Shown here in pieces: positions 18,902-28,359 of a DNA stretch of 64,000 nt. The stretch comes from an uncultured Planctomycetia bacterium. GTDB taxonomy: Bacteria; Omnitrophota; Gorgyraeia; 2-02-FULL-51-18; JAGOUK01. Each line of letters opens with the position of its first letter. Within the stretch, counting starts at the first letter, position 1. The notes beneath the pieces are model-generated. The model was given only the letters and a program-made list of their open reading frames with translations, did not search any database and was not told where the DNA came from. Made by a program: the position numbers and the translations under genes. The DNA lies in the NCBI GenBank assembly GCA_964430735.1, contig CAYSFB010000007.1, positions 62,179 to 126,178 of the forward strand, read 5' to 3'.

Positions 18902-20838
18902 GCCGGCATTTCGCCGACACCGTACTGCTGGCCGCGCTCCGTTTTCTGCGGCTTCTGCTGCTGCCCTGGCCGATGAGCGTCCGGATCCGCTTCGGCGGAT
19001 GGGCCGGATGGGCGGCCGGCCGCGTTTCCAAGCGCCGCCGTCTGGCGCTCAATAACCTCAAGCGCGCCTTCGCCGGCTCCGGCCGCACCCGCCGCGATCT
19101 CGAGCGAATCCTGGACGATTCCCACCGCGACCTCGGCCGCTCCCTGGTCGAATTCCTGATGAGCCCGTCGATCGATGCAAAGTATTTTGAAACCCATGTG
19201 GAAGTGGAGGGTTCGGAACGTTTGGATGCGCTCACAGCGTCTGGTAAAGGCGCCGTGCTGCTCACGGGCCATATCGGCAACTGGGAATTTTTGAACCTGA
19301 TGGCCGGCGTCCGAGGATATCCGCTGGCCGTTTTGGCCAAGGTTCAGAAGCTCGCGAAGACCGACGCCTGGCTGAACCGCCTGCGCACCCAGCGCGGAGC
19401 AAAAGTCGTGCTGCGCGGCATGGACGTGCGTCAGGTGTATCGGACGCTGGAAGGCGGCGGCCTGGCCGGCATTTTGGCCGATCAAGACGGCGGAAGCGGC
19501 GGCATTTACGCCCCGCTCTTCGGCCGGCAGTCATCCTACCCGCGCGGCGTCGCGCGTTTTTCTTACAAGACGGGCGCTCCGGCGCTTCCTGTGTTTGCCG
19601 TGCGGACGTCGCTGGACCGCCATCGGATCCGCATCGGTGATCCTGTCCGTCCGGCCGCAGGTGAGGCGGAGGACGCATATGAGCAGCGGGTCGTCGCGGA
19701 GTTTTCTTCTCAGCTGGAAGCCATGGTGCGTCAGTATCCGTCTCAGTGGATTTGGGCGCATCGGCGGTGGAAGTCGAGCCCGGACCGGGATATCGCGGTC
19801 CTGGACGACGGACGCAAGGGGCACACGCATCAAGCGCTCGCCGTCGCGGCGCAGGTGGCCGATCGCCGCGCCGGGCATCCTGGATGCAGAGAGACGAGGA
19901 CGGTGCCCGTCGCGTACCGATCATCCTTTGCACGAGCCGTTTTGACCATCTTCGGCATTCTGACCCGCGGACGCCTTTGGGGAGGCATGCGCTGGCTTCG
20001 CTGGGCGCTCACCGACGCGAGTTACGGAGCCCTGTCGGCGGTGCCCGCCGACGTCGTGATATCCTGCGGCAGCTCGACCGAAGCGGTGAACCTGATTCTT
20101 TCGCGGGATTGCGGAGCGCGGTCCTGCTACATCCACAAGCCGCAATTCGGCCGGCGCTTTTTTTCGGCCGTCCTCGTTCCGGGGCATGACCGCGCGGCCG
20201 GATCCAATGTCCTCCAGACGCGGGGGGCGTTGAGTTTTGTGAATCCTGGACGGATGGGGGAGTTGCGCGAACGCGCGCGCGCGGAAGCGCGGATCCCGGC
20301 AGGCGTACGGGCGGCGGCGCTTCTGGTCGGCGGCCCGTCGAAGCATGCCCCCTGGGATCCGGACGCGCTCGAAAAGATATTTTTTGCCTTGCGGGAATTC
20401 AGCCGGGAGCATAAGCTTTATTTGCTTGTTACGACCTCGCGGCGCACGGATCCGGCCGTCGAATCGGCCGTCGAACGGCTTTTCGTCGGTGAAGCCCTGT
20501 GTCCGGTGCTGGTGATGCCGAACCGCTCCAACCCCAGGCTCGCGTACGAGGGGATTCTGGCCGCCGCGGACCTGATCCTGGTGACGGCCGACTCTGTTTC
20601 GATGGTGTCGGAGGCGGTTTCGACCGGCAAGCCGGTCGGGTTGGTCGTCCCGGGTCGTACCTCCGCGGATGGGGCCGGAAAGTTTTTTCGTTTCATGTCA
20701 GATCTTGAGCGCGAAGGCTCAGTGACGCCGGTCAGCCTCGAGAATTTAAACGCGTTTTTGACCCGCGGATCCGTTGATCCGCACACCCGCCAGGCCGGCG
20801 ATGCGATCGCTTTGGCCGCGGACCTGCTCGCAAGATAA
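18874..20838 (+). CDS. fusion protein: N-terminal LpxL/HtrB-type lipid A late acyltransferase plus C-terminal ELM1/DUF1022-like domain (654 aa)
   Basis: This is one uninterrupted frame. The N-terminal half has the LpxL motifs (TGHIGNWEF, H-x4-E). The C-terminal half resembles ELM1-family proteins often encoded in LPS core loci. Its start overlaps lpxK by 28 nt. Confidence 0.7.
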   Translation: MPLSRRQPLGRHFADTVLLAALRFLRLLLLPWPMSVRIRFGGWAGWAAGRVSKRRRLALNNLKRAFAGSGRTRRDLERILDDSHRDLGRSLVEFLMSPSIDAKYFETHVEVEGSERLDALTASGKGAVLLTGHIGNWEFLNLMAGVRGYPLAVLAKVQKLAKTDAWLNRLRTQRGAKVVLRGMDVRQVYRTLEGGGLAGILADQDGGSGGIYAPLFGRQSSYPRGVARFSYKTGAPALPVFAVRTSLDRHRIRIGDPVRPAAGEAEDAYEQRVVAEFSSQLEAMVRQYPSQWIWAHRRWKSSPDRDIAVLDDGRKGHTHQALAVAAQVADRRAGHPGCRETRTVPVAYRSSFARAVLTIFGILTRGRLWGGMRWLRWALTDASYGALSAVPADVVISCGSSTEAVNLILSRDCGARSCYIHKPQFGRRFFSAVLVPGHDRAAGSNVLQTRGALSFVNPGRMGELRERARAEARIPAGVRAAALLVGGPSKHAPWDPDALEKIFFALREFSREHKLYLLVTTSRRTDPAVESAVERLFVGEALCPVLVMPNRSNPRLAYEGILAAADLILVTADSVSMVSEAVSTGKPVGLVVPGRTSADGAGKFFRFMSDLEREGSVTPVSLENLNAFLTRGSVDPHTRQAGDAIALAADLLAR

Positions 20839-20855
20839 AGGATGACTGTCCCAGC

Positions 20856-23006
20856 ATGAACATTCTTCAGATCGTGCCGGAGCTGCGCTCCGGCGGCGTC
20901 GAACGCGGAACCGTGGACTTCGCCAAATACCTGCTCAAGCAGGGCCACGGCTCTCTGGTGGTTTCCGCCGGCGGCGCGCTGGTCGCGGATCTCGAGGCGG
21001 CCGGCGTCCGCCACGTCACGCTGCCGGTTCATAAAAAATCGCTGTTCAGTATCTGGCGCCAGGTCGGCGTCCTGGCGGAGCTTCTGAAAAAGGAAAATAT
21101 CGACCTCGTCCACGCGCGCAGCCGCGTGCCGGCGTGGATCGCTTTTTTTGCGTGCCGCAAAGCCGGCATCCCGATGGTCACCACCTGTCACGGCGTGTAC
21201 AGCACGCATGGATTCAGCCGCATCATGGGTTGGGGGAAGTATGTGATCGTCATCAGCCACGCCGTCAGCCGGCACATGAAAGAAAACTTCAACGTTCCGC
21301 ATCACCGCATCCGCCTCATCCACCGCGGCGTCAATTTGTCCGAGTTCGGTCTGGAAGCGTCCGGCCCCGCGGCTCCCGCGGCTCCGGCCCCTTCCGAAAA
21401 AATCATCGGCATCGTCGGCCGCGTCACCCCGATCAAGGGCCACCGCGTGATGCTCAAGGCGATGGCGCGCGTCGCGCGCGTGTATCCGGACGCCAAGCTC
21501 TGGGTGGTGGGTGATTCACCCCGTCCGCGCTACATGGACGAACTCAAGCTCATGGTGCGCAAGCTCGAGCTTCAGAAGAACGTGGAATTTCTGGGCACGC
21601 GCCAGGATATTCCGGAACTGATGCGCCGGATGAGTCTCCTGGCCGCCCCGGCTGTGGGGGAAGAGGCCTTCGGCCGCGTCCTGATCGAAGCGGGCGCCTG
21701 CGGCGTGCCGGTCATCGCCAGCCGCATTGGCGGCATCGTCGACGTGGTGCGCTCCGGCACGGATGGCATCCTGGTCCCGGCGGGCGACGCGTCCGCGCTG
21801 GCCGAGAACATCATCAGCGTGCTCAAGGAGCCGGAGTACGGCCGCCGTCTAGCGGAGAGCCTGCGCCGCCGCGTCCGTGATGAGTTCAGCGACAAGACGA
21901 TGTTCGAAAAAACCATCGGCGTGTACCGCGAGACGCTTGAACGCAAAAAAATTCTGGTGATCAAGCTCAGCGCGCTCGGCGACGTCATTCTGAGCACGCC
22001 GTCGTTCCGGGCGATCCGCAAGCGTTATCCCCAGGCCCGGATTGTCGCGCTGGTCGAGCGCGCGGCGTATCCGGCCCTCAAGGCCTGCGCGTACGTCGAC
22101 GATGTCCTGTCGTTCGAAAAATTCGACAAAAAGGACGTCGCGTCCATCGTCCGGCTGGGGCGGCTTCTGTCCCGGGAGCAGTTCGACGTGTGTGTCGACC
22201 TCCAGAACAACCGGCTCTCGCATCTTCTGTCCTATCTTTCGGGCGCTCACACGCGGGTGGGGTACGCCAACCGCCGGCTCGACCTTTTTCTCAACCGCCC
22301 GGTCAAGGATCTGCGGCCGGTGGTCGGCCCGGTCGAGCACCAGTTCCAGCTGCTCGAAAACCTGGGGATCGAACATCCGGACACGCGGCCCGAACTTTCG
22401 GCCGACCCGGTCGACGAGGACGCGGTGGGCAAATTCCTGCGCGAAAACTGGTTGGGGGAAAATCAGACCCTGGTCGGCATCAACCCCGGATCCAGCCCGC
22501 TGTGGAAAACCAAACAGTGGCCCCAGGAGTACTTCGTCGAGCTTTGTGACGCGCTCTCGCGCGAAAACGTCCGCGTCGTGATCACCGGAACGAAGGATGA
22601 TTTGCCGGCGGCCGAGGCGATCGCGCGCCAGACGCGCACCCGCCCCATCGTCGCGGCCGGCCGCACCACCATCGGCGAGCTCATCGCGCTGGTCCGTCGG
22701 TGTCGTGTGTTTGTCACGTCCGACTCGGCGCCGATGCACATCGCCACCGCCGTCGGCACGCCCGTGGTCGCGCTCTTTGGTCCCACTGATCCGCGCCGCC
22801 ACGTCGCTCCCGGCCGCGCTCCGATTTCGGTCCTCAACAAGGAAGTGAAGTGCAGCCCATGTTATCTTAAAAAGTGCCCGATCGGCCTCATCTGCATGAA
22901 GCAGATCCTGCCGACCGAGGTCTTTGACCGCGTTCTGGCCTTCCTGCGCCCGGAAGAGGGGAACGCCCGCGCCGTCGAAGAGACGCCGGTCACCGCCGGC
23001 TTTTGA
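20856..23006 (+). CDS. bifunctional glycosyltransferase: N-terminal GT4 (RfaG-like) fused to C-terminal GT9 (heptosyltransferase-like)
   Basis: The GT4 part is residues 1-370 and includes an EAFGRV-type E-x7-E region. The GT9 part starts at ILVIKLSALGDVILSTP and includes ..SDSAPMHIATAVGTP. Confidence 0.75.
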   Translation: MNILQIVPELRSGGVERGTVDFAKYLLKQGHGSLVVSAGGALVADLEAAGVRHVTLPVHKKSLFSIWRQVGVLAELLKKENIDLVHARSRVPAWIAFFACRKAGIPMVTTCHGVYSTHGFSRIMGWGKYVIVISHAVSRHMKENFNVPHHRIRLIHRGVNLSEFGLEASGPAAPAAPAPSEKIIGIVGRVTPIKGHRVMLKAMARVARVYPDAKLWVVGDSPRPRYMDELKLMVRKLELQKNVEFLGTRQDIPELMRRMSLLAAPAVGEEAFGRVLIEAGACGVPVIASRIGGIVDVVRSGTDGILVPAGDASALAENIISVLKEPEYGRRLAESLRRRVRDEFSDKTMFEKTIGVYRETLERKKILVIKLSALGDVILSTPSFRAIRKRYPQARIVALVERAAYPALKACAYVDDVLSFEKFDKKDVASIVRLGRLLSREQFDVCVDLQNNRLSHLLSYLSGAHTRVGYANRRLDLFLNRPVKDLRPVVGPVEHQFQLLENLGIEHPDTRPELSADPVDEDAVGKFLRENWLGENQTLVGINPGSSPLWKTKQWPQEYFVELCDALSRENVRVVITGTKDDLPAAEAIARQTRTRPIVAAGRTTIGELIALVRRCRVFVTSDSAPMHIATAVGTPVVALFGPTDPRRHVAPGRAPISVLNKEVKCSPCYLKKCPIGLICMKQILPTEVFDRVLAFLRPEEGNARAVEETPVTAGF

Positions 23007-23028
23007 TCCGCATTCTCCTGTATTCCGC

Positions 23029-24162
23029 ATGAAAATCCTGATCCTCGCCAATCACGCCCGACGCGGCGGGATCACGTCGTACGTTTCTGTTTTGGCCCGT
23101 GAACTCGTGCGGCGCGGCCACCGGGTCCTGGTCGTGACCGGCGGCGGCGAAACGGCGCCGCAGTTCGAGGCGGTCGGCGCCGAGCACCGCACCCTTTTTC
23201 TTGATACGAGCTCCGAGCTCAATCCGCGCTTGTGGGGATCCGCTGCCGCTTTGCGCGGGTGGATCGACCGGGAGGGGTGGCAGATCGTTCACGCGCAAAC
23301 CCGGGTCGCCCAGACGGTCGCGGCGATCGCGCTGCGCGGACGGGACGTTCCGCGCGTCACGACCTGTCACGGATTTTTTAAAACCCGCTTTTTCAGAAAA
23401 CTGCTGCCGCTTTGGGGGGATCGTGTGATCGCGATCAGCCGGGCGGTCGAAAAGCACCTGCTGCGCGATTGGGCGCTGGCCCCGAAGCGTACGGCGTATG
23501 TTCCGCACGGTGTCGAACGGTTGTATGCCGACGAGGAGCTTTTGCGGCTGCGGGAGGAAGCCCGCCGCGAACTCAATATTTTTTCCGGTTCCGTCCTCGC
23601 CGGGGCGCTGGGCCGCCTTTCGCCGGTCAAGGGGTATCACGTACTGATTGAAGCGATGGCGCTTTTGAAGGACGTGCCGGTGGAACTGGTGCTGGTCGGC
23701 GACGGACCTGAAGCCCCGCGGCTCGACGAGTCCATCCGCGCGCTGGGCGTCGCGGCGCGCGTCCGGCGGATTCCGGCGATCGCGAATCACCATGCTATAC
23801 TGCATGCGTTCGACATTTTCTGCGCTCCGTCGCTCCAGGAAGGTTTGGGATTGGCGGCGATGGATGCCATGGCGCGGGGTACGTGCGTCATCGCTTCGAA
23901 TGTCGGCGGTTTGCCGGACCTCATCCGCGACGGTGAAACCGGGCGCCTCGTGCCCGCTGGCGACGCGGCGGCGCTGGCCGCGGCGATTCGCGGGCTGGCA
24001 TCCGACGCTGCCGCGCGGACGCGGCTGGGAAGCGCCGGCCGGCGCTTTGTCGAACGGGAATTCACCCTGAACCGGATGATCGAGGGGACTGAGCGCGTTT
24101 ACGCGGAGCTGCTGAGCGCCGCCGAAGTCCCCACCTCTCACAAGGATGCGCATGGCGTTTAA
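23029..24162 (+). CDS. GT4-family glycosyltransferase
   Basis: It starts MKILILANHARRGGITSYV.. and its C-terminal half has the EGLGLAAMDAMARG (E-x7-E) motif. Confidence 0.8.
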   Translation: MKILILANHARRGGITSYVSVLARELVRRGHRVLVVTGGGETAPQFEAVGAEHRTLFLDTSSELNPRLWGSAAALRGWIDREGWQIVHAQTRVAQTVAAIALRGRDVPRVTTCHGFFKTRFFRKLLPLWGDRVIAISRAVEKHLLRDWALAPKRTAYVPHGVERLYADEELLRLREEARRELNIFSGSVLAGALGRLSPVKGYHVLIEAMALLKDVPVELVLVGDGPEAPRLDESIRALGVAARVRRIPAIANHHAILHAFDIFCAPSLQEGLGLAAMDAMARGTCVIASNVGGLPDLIRDGETGRLVPAGDAAALAAAIRGLASDAAARTRLGSAGRRFVEREFTLNRMIEGTERVYAELLSAAEVPTSHKDAHGV

Positions 24163-24949
24163 ATTTTCGTTCAAAAGCTGGATTTCGCGGATCCGGATCA
24201 AGCGCTGGATCATCACGATCGTGCTGCTGGTCGCGGCGTATGCCGCGCTCAACCGTGCGTACATGACGCCGATCCTGATGTACCACCACGTCGATGAGCG
24301 CTGGCAGGAGTGGAAGCTCAGCGTCTCGCCGCACAGCTTTGCCCGGCAGATGGAATTCCTCAAAGCGCACCGCTACAACGTCCTGTCGCTGGGCGAATAC
24401 GTCGACCTGCTCAAAAACAAGCAGCCGATCCCCAAAAAAAGCGTCGTCATCACCTTTGACGACGGGTACGACAACAACTTCACCGAAGCCTTCCCGGTCC
24501 TCAAGAAAATGGGATTTCCGGCAACCATCTTTATCCAGGTCGACGGCGTGGGCCGCCGCGGGTACATGACCTGGGACGACATTGCGATCTTGATCGAAAA
24601 CGGGATCGAAATCGGCAGCCACACGGTCCATCACGGGTTTTTGCCCGACCTTTCCGACGACGAAATGCGGAAGGAGATTGTCGAGTCCAAAGCGATCCTC
24701 GAGAGCCGTCTCCAGCGGCCCATCACGATGTTCAGCTACCCGGGCGGCGGGTTTAACGCCGCCGCGCGCCAGCACGTGATCGACGCCGGTTATGCAGGCG
24801 CGGCCGCCACACATCCCGGCCCCGATTATCCCGACCTGGATCCGTACGCGCTCAAGCGCATCCGCATCAGCCGCACGTCCGACAACCTCTTCGTCTTCTG
24901 GCTTCAGCTGAGCGGGTTTTTCACGCATTATGAGGAATTCCGGGATTAG
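24146..24949 (+). CDS. polysaccharide deacetylase (CE4/NodB homology domain) with an N-terminal TM anchor
   Basis: It carries the NodB motifs VITFDDGYDNN and HTVHH. It is embedded in the glycosyltransferase cluster. Confidence 0.8.
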   Translation: MRMAFKFSFKSWISRIRIKRWIITIVLLVAAYAALNRAYMTPILMYHHVDERWQEWKLSVSPHSFARQMEFLKAHRYNVLSLGEYVDLLKNKQPIPKKSVVITFDDGYDNNFTEAFPVLKKMGFPATIFIQVDGVGRRGYMTWDDIAILIENGIEIGSHTVHHGFLPDLSDDEMRKEIVESKAILESRLQRPITMFSYPGGGFNAAARQHVIDAGYAGAAATHPGPDYPDLDPYALKRIRISRTSDNLFVFWLQLSGFFTHYEEFRD

Positions 24950-25997
24950 CGCCGCGTCCGCCGGTGAATCGCCCCGGATCTTGGTAGTCGGGGTGGATTG
25001 GCTCGGCGACGCCCTGTTCATGACTCCCGTTTTCCGGGCGGTCAAAAAAAAGTGGCCGCAGTCCTTTTTGGCCGTCAGCACCGCTTCCCGCAACCTTGGC
25101 GTCCTCTCGCGCTGCCCCGACCTCGACACTGTGATTCCCTACGACGAAGTCCCGTTTTTGCTCGGCCTGCCGGCTCAGCAGCGGCTGGCTTCGCGTTTCC
25201 AATCTCTGCGCTTCGGTTCGGCGCTTTTTCTTCACCGCTCCTTCACCCGTGCGCTGGCCGCGGCCCGCGCGGGAATTCCAAAACGCCTCGGATTCCGGAA
25301 CACCAAACGCGACTGGCTCATGACGGAGCTGATCGATCCGCCCGCTCCGTCGCTGCATCGGATCGACGCGTACCTGTCGGTGCTCGCCCCGCTCGGGATC
25401 ACCGGAGCCGACCGGACTCCGGCCATCCGGCCGCTGGCCGGCGATCTCCCGGAATGGAATGAAGTCCGTTTGTCCCGGACGCGGTGGGCGGCGGATGACC
25501 GGATCCTCGTGCTGCACCCCGGCGGCAACTGGAACCTCAAACGCTGGCCCGTTGAACATTTTGCAGAAACGGCCCGCCGCGCGTCGGCGGCCGGGTGGAA
25601 GGTGGCGGTGTGCGGTTCGGCGCATGAGGCGCATCTGGGCCGGACGATCGAAGCGGCTGTGTCGGGCGGTTCGGTTGTTTCATTCTGCGGCGCGACGAGC
25701 TTCGGAGCGCTGGTCGGACTTTTGGCGTCCGCCCGTCTTTTGATCTCCAACGATTCCGGTCCGCTGCATCTGGCCGCCGCTCTGGGCACGCCGGTGACCG
25801 GGCTGTTCGGTCCCACGCTGGCGCGTCTCACCGGTCCGGTGGCATCCGGCTCGGTCCGGATCGTTCAAAAGGACTTCGGGTGCGAGCTTCCGTGTCTGTT
25901 CGCGGATTGCCGGGACCGCGTGTGCCTGGACCGTCTGACGGTGGACGAAGCGCTGGCTGCGGCATCCGCCGCACTCGGGGAGCCGGTGGTCCGATGA
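24930..25997 (+). CDS. GT9-family glycosyltransferase (LPS heptosyltransferase-like)
   Basis: It has the GT9 motifs ILVVGVDWLGDALFMTP and ...NDSGPLHLAAALGTP. It overlaps the deacetylase gene by 20 nt. Confidence 0.8.
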   Translation: MRNSGISAASAGESPRILVVGVDWLGDALFMTPVFRAVKKKWPQSFLAVSTASRNLGVLSRCPDLDTVIPYDEVPFLLGLPAQQRLASRFQSLRFGSALFLHRSFTRALAAARAGIPKRLGFRNTKRDWLMTELIDPPAPSLHRIDAYLSVLAPLGITGADRTPAIRPLAGDLPEWNEVRLSRTRWAADDRILVLHPGGNWNLKRWPVEHFAETARRASAAGWKVAVCGSAHEAHLGRTIEAAVSGGSVVSFCGATSFGALVGLLASARLLISNDSGPLHLAAALGTPVTGLFGPTLARLTGPVASGSVRIVQKDFGCELPCLFADCRDRVCLDRLTVDEALAAASAALGEPVVR

Positions 25998-28003
25998 GTA
26001 CGACCGACCGGCGGGTCGTCCGGCAGGCGCTGTTCGTGAGTTTTTCCAATCTCGGAGACGCGATCCTTTCGCTGCCTGCGCTGGACGCGCTGATCAAGCG
26101 TTATCCTGAGGCGAGCGTCGACGTGGTGTGCGGCACCGGAGCCGCGTCGGTTTTTCAGGGGGATGCGCGCATCCGCACGGTCTACGTGGACATCAAGCGG
26201 CCGCTTGCCCGGCGGCTGGAACTTTTTCGCACAATCCATTCGGTCCGGTACGACTGCGTCGTGGACCTCCGCAATTCGCTCTTCCGGTATTTGGGCAAAC
26301 GGGGGAGTTCCGGATGGAACGGCGGCTTCGTTCATATGCGGGACCGCCATCTCAACGCCGTCCGCTCGCTGGGCGCCAACGTCGAACCATACCGTTTTAC
26401 TTCCAACCGGTCGATGGATCCGGGCGCGCTCTCGGGTCGGACCGCGGTGATCGCTCCCGGCTCCAAGTCGACGACCAAAGAATGGATGGCTGACCGGTTC
26501 GCACGGCTGGCCGACCGGCTGATCCGCGAGGACGGTTTGGACGTGATCTGGATCGGAGACGAGCGCGAACGGGGGAGGATTGACGAGATCCGCGCCCAGA
26601 TGACCGAGCCGAGCGCCAATTTTTCCGGGAAGCTGAGCTGGCCTGAAACGTTGGAGCTGATCAGGGGTTGTGCCGTCGTGATCACGAACGATTCCGCACC
26701 CCTCCACGCCGCCGACCAGATCGGCAAAAAAACGGTCGCTATTTTCGGGCCCACGGATCCCGCGCGTTACGGTCCTCAGCGCAGTCCGTCCGGGGTCGTC
26801 TTTAAAGGAATCGCCTGTTCCCCCTGCGGCGAAGCCCAGTGCCGTTACGGCCACCGGCAATGTCTCACCGACATCACGGTAGAGGACGTGTATCGAACCG
26901 CCCGGCAGCTTCTGGAGGACACTCCGGAGCGCGAGAGTCCCAACGTTCTCGTCGTCCGTCTGGACCGTATCGGAGATGTGATGCTGTCGTTTCCGGCGGT
27001 CGCGGCCATCCGTCAGAAGTTTCCGAGCGCCCGCATCACCTGGCTCGTCCGTCCGGCCGCGCAGGAATTGGCCGAACGGTGTCCCGATTCCGATGAAGTG
27101 CTCGTCTACGATTATTCGCGCTCCGGCCGTCATCGCGGCGCGTTGGGCGCGCTCGCGCTGGTGCGCCAGTTGGCAAGGCGGCGATTCGACATGGCGTTTT
27201 TGCTGCATCCTACGCTGAGGACGCATCTGACCGCGGCGTTGTCCGGAATCCCGTACCGCGCGGGGTACGACGTTCGGGGCGGCTGGCTTCTGACACACCG
27301 GATCGCCGATCTGCGGCGCGACGGCTACCAGCACGAAAGCCGCTACGCGCAGGACGTCGTCCGCGCGCTCAATGTCCCTCCGACGGACGCCGTTCCCCGG
27401 CTGATGCTGTATGCCGAAGACACGATTGCCGCGTCTGCGCTGCTCCGCGCTTCGGGATTGGATCCGGAAAAGCCCTACGCGGTCCTGCATGCGGCCGCTT
27501 CCTGCAAATCCAAATGCTGGCCCGCCGATTCTTTCGCAGCGCTCGCCAACCGTTTGCGGTCGGAGCGGGGGCTTCAAATCGTCCTGGCGGGCGACCCCTC
27601 GAGCGCGCCGGTCAACGCGGAGCTGGCTGCGCGGATCCCGGGCGCGGCGGATCTCTCGGGCCGGACGCCGCTCATGACGCTGGCGGCGTTGTGCCGCTCG
27701 TCGGCCATCGTGGTTTCGAACGATTCCGGCCCCGCTCACGTGGCCGCCGCAGCCGATGCGCGCGTACTCAGCATCTTCGGCCGCAAGGAAAAGGGGTTGT
27801 CCGAACGGCGCTGGAGCCCTCTCGGCTCCAAGACGCGCGTCCTGCGCAAGGATGTCGGATGCGTCGTGTGTCTGGCGGACCGTTGCCCGATCGGTTTTGA
27901 GTGTCTTCGCGCGCTCGGTGCGGATGAAGTTTTTCAGGCAGCTTCCACTCTGCTTTCCTCAACGTCTCCCGACGCTTCGCCCCTCTCCCGGCAACCCGCT
28001 TAA
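25994..28003 (+). CDS. tandem double-GT9 glycosyltransferase (two heptosyltransferase-like domains in one 669-aa protein)
   Basis: Domain 1 carries ALFVSFSNLGDAILSLPAL..NDSAPLHAA. Domain 2 carries VLVVRLDRIGDVMLSFPAV..NDSGPAHVAAA. It joins the upstream gene through an ATGA overlap. Confidence 0.75.
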   Translation: MSTTDRRVVRQALFVSFSNLGDAILSLPALDALIKRYPEASVDVVCGTGAASVFQGDARIRTVYVDIKRPLARRLELFRTIHSVRYDCVVDLRNSLFRYLGKRGSSGWNGGFVHMRDRHLNAVRSLGANVEPYRFTSNRSMDPGALSGRTAVIAPGSKSTTKEWMADRFARLADRLIREDGLDVIWIGDERERGRIDEIRAQMTEPSANFSGKLSWPETLELIRGCAVVITNDSAPLHAADQIGKKTVAIFGPTDPARYGPQRSPSGVVFKGIACSPCGEAQCRYGHRQCLTDITVEDVYRTARQLLEDTPERESPNVLVVRLDRIGDVMLSFPAVAAIRQKFPSARITWLVRPAAQELAERCPDSDEVLVYDYSRSGRHRGALGALALVRQLARRRFDMAFLLHPTLRTHLTAALSGIPYRAGYDVRGGWLLTHRIADLRRDGYQHESRYAQDVVRALNVPPTDAVPRLMLYAEDTIAASALLRASGLDPEKPYAVLHAAASCKSKCWPADSFAALANRLRSERGLQIVLAGDPSSAPVNAELAARIPGAADLSGRTPLMTLAALCRSSAIVVSNDSGPAHVAAAADARVLSIFGRKEKGLSERRWSPLGSKTRVLRKDVGCVVCLADRCPIGFECLRALGADEVFQAASTLLSSTSPDASPLSRQPA

Positions 28004-28081
28004 GTCGTCAACTGCGTTGCCAAAACTCTCCGAATCGGCGAGAATAACCCCTTGTTTCGGAACCCCCGGAGGAGCCCCCGC

Positions 28082-28330
28082 ATGCGCCAGTTATTGATTT
28101 GGATCCTAGGATCCGTCACCCTGTTCGGTTCCGTTTCCGCTTCGGCGATGGGCCGTTCCGAGGATCCGCGCGACGCCGTCCAGCCCGTCGGCACGGACGC
28201 CGATCCGTCGATCCGTCAAAACGACGAGCGCCTGAGGCAGCTTTTGTCACAGCCCGGCGGAGCGGATCCGAAGGCTCCGGAAGACCGGATGCCGCTTCCG
28301 GCCGCCGCTGATCCCGCGGACCACCGGTAA
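28082..28330 (+). CDS. small secreted Pro/Asp-rich hypothetical protein (82 aa)
   Basis: A GGAGG RBS precedes it and the product has a signal peptide (MRQLLIWILGSVTLFGSVSASA). Confidence 0.45.
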   Translation: MRQLLIWILGSVTLFGSVSASAMGRSEDPRDAVQPVGTDADPSIRQNDERLRQLLSQPGGADPKAPEDRMPLPAAADPADHR

Positions 28331-28359
28331 TCGTTTCGCGCATTCTTCAGAGGAGTTTT

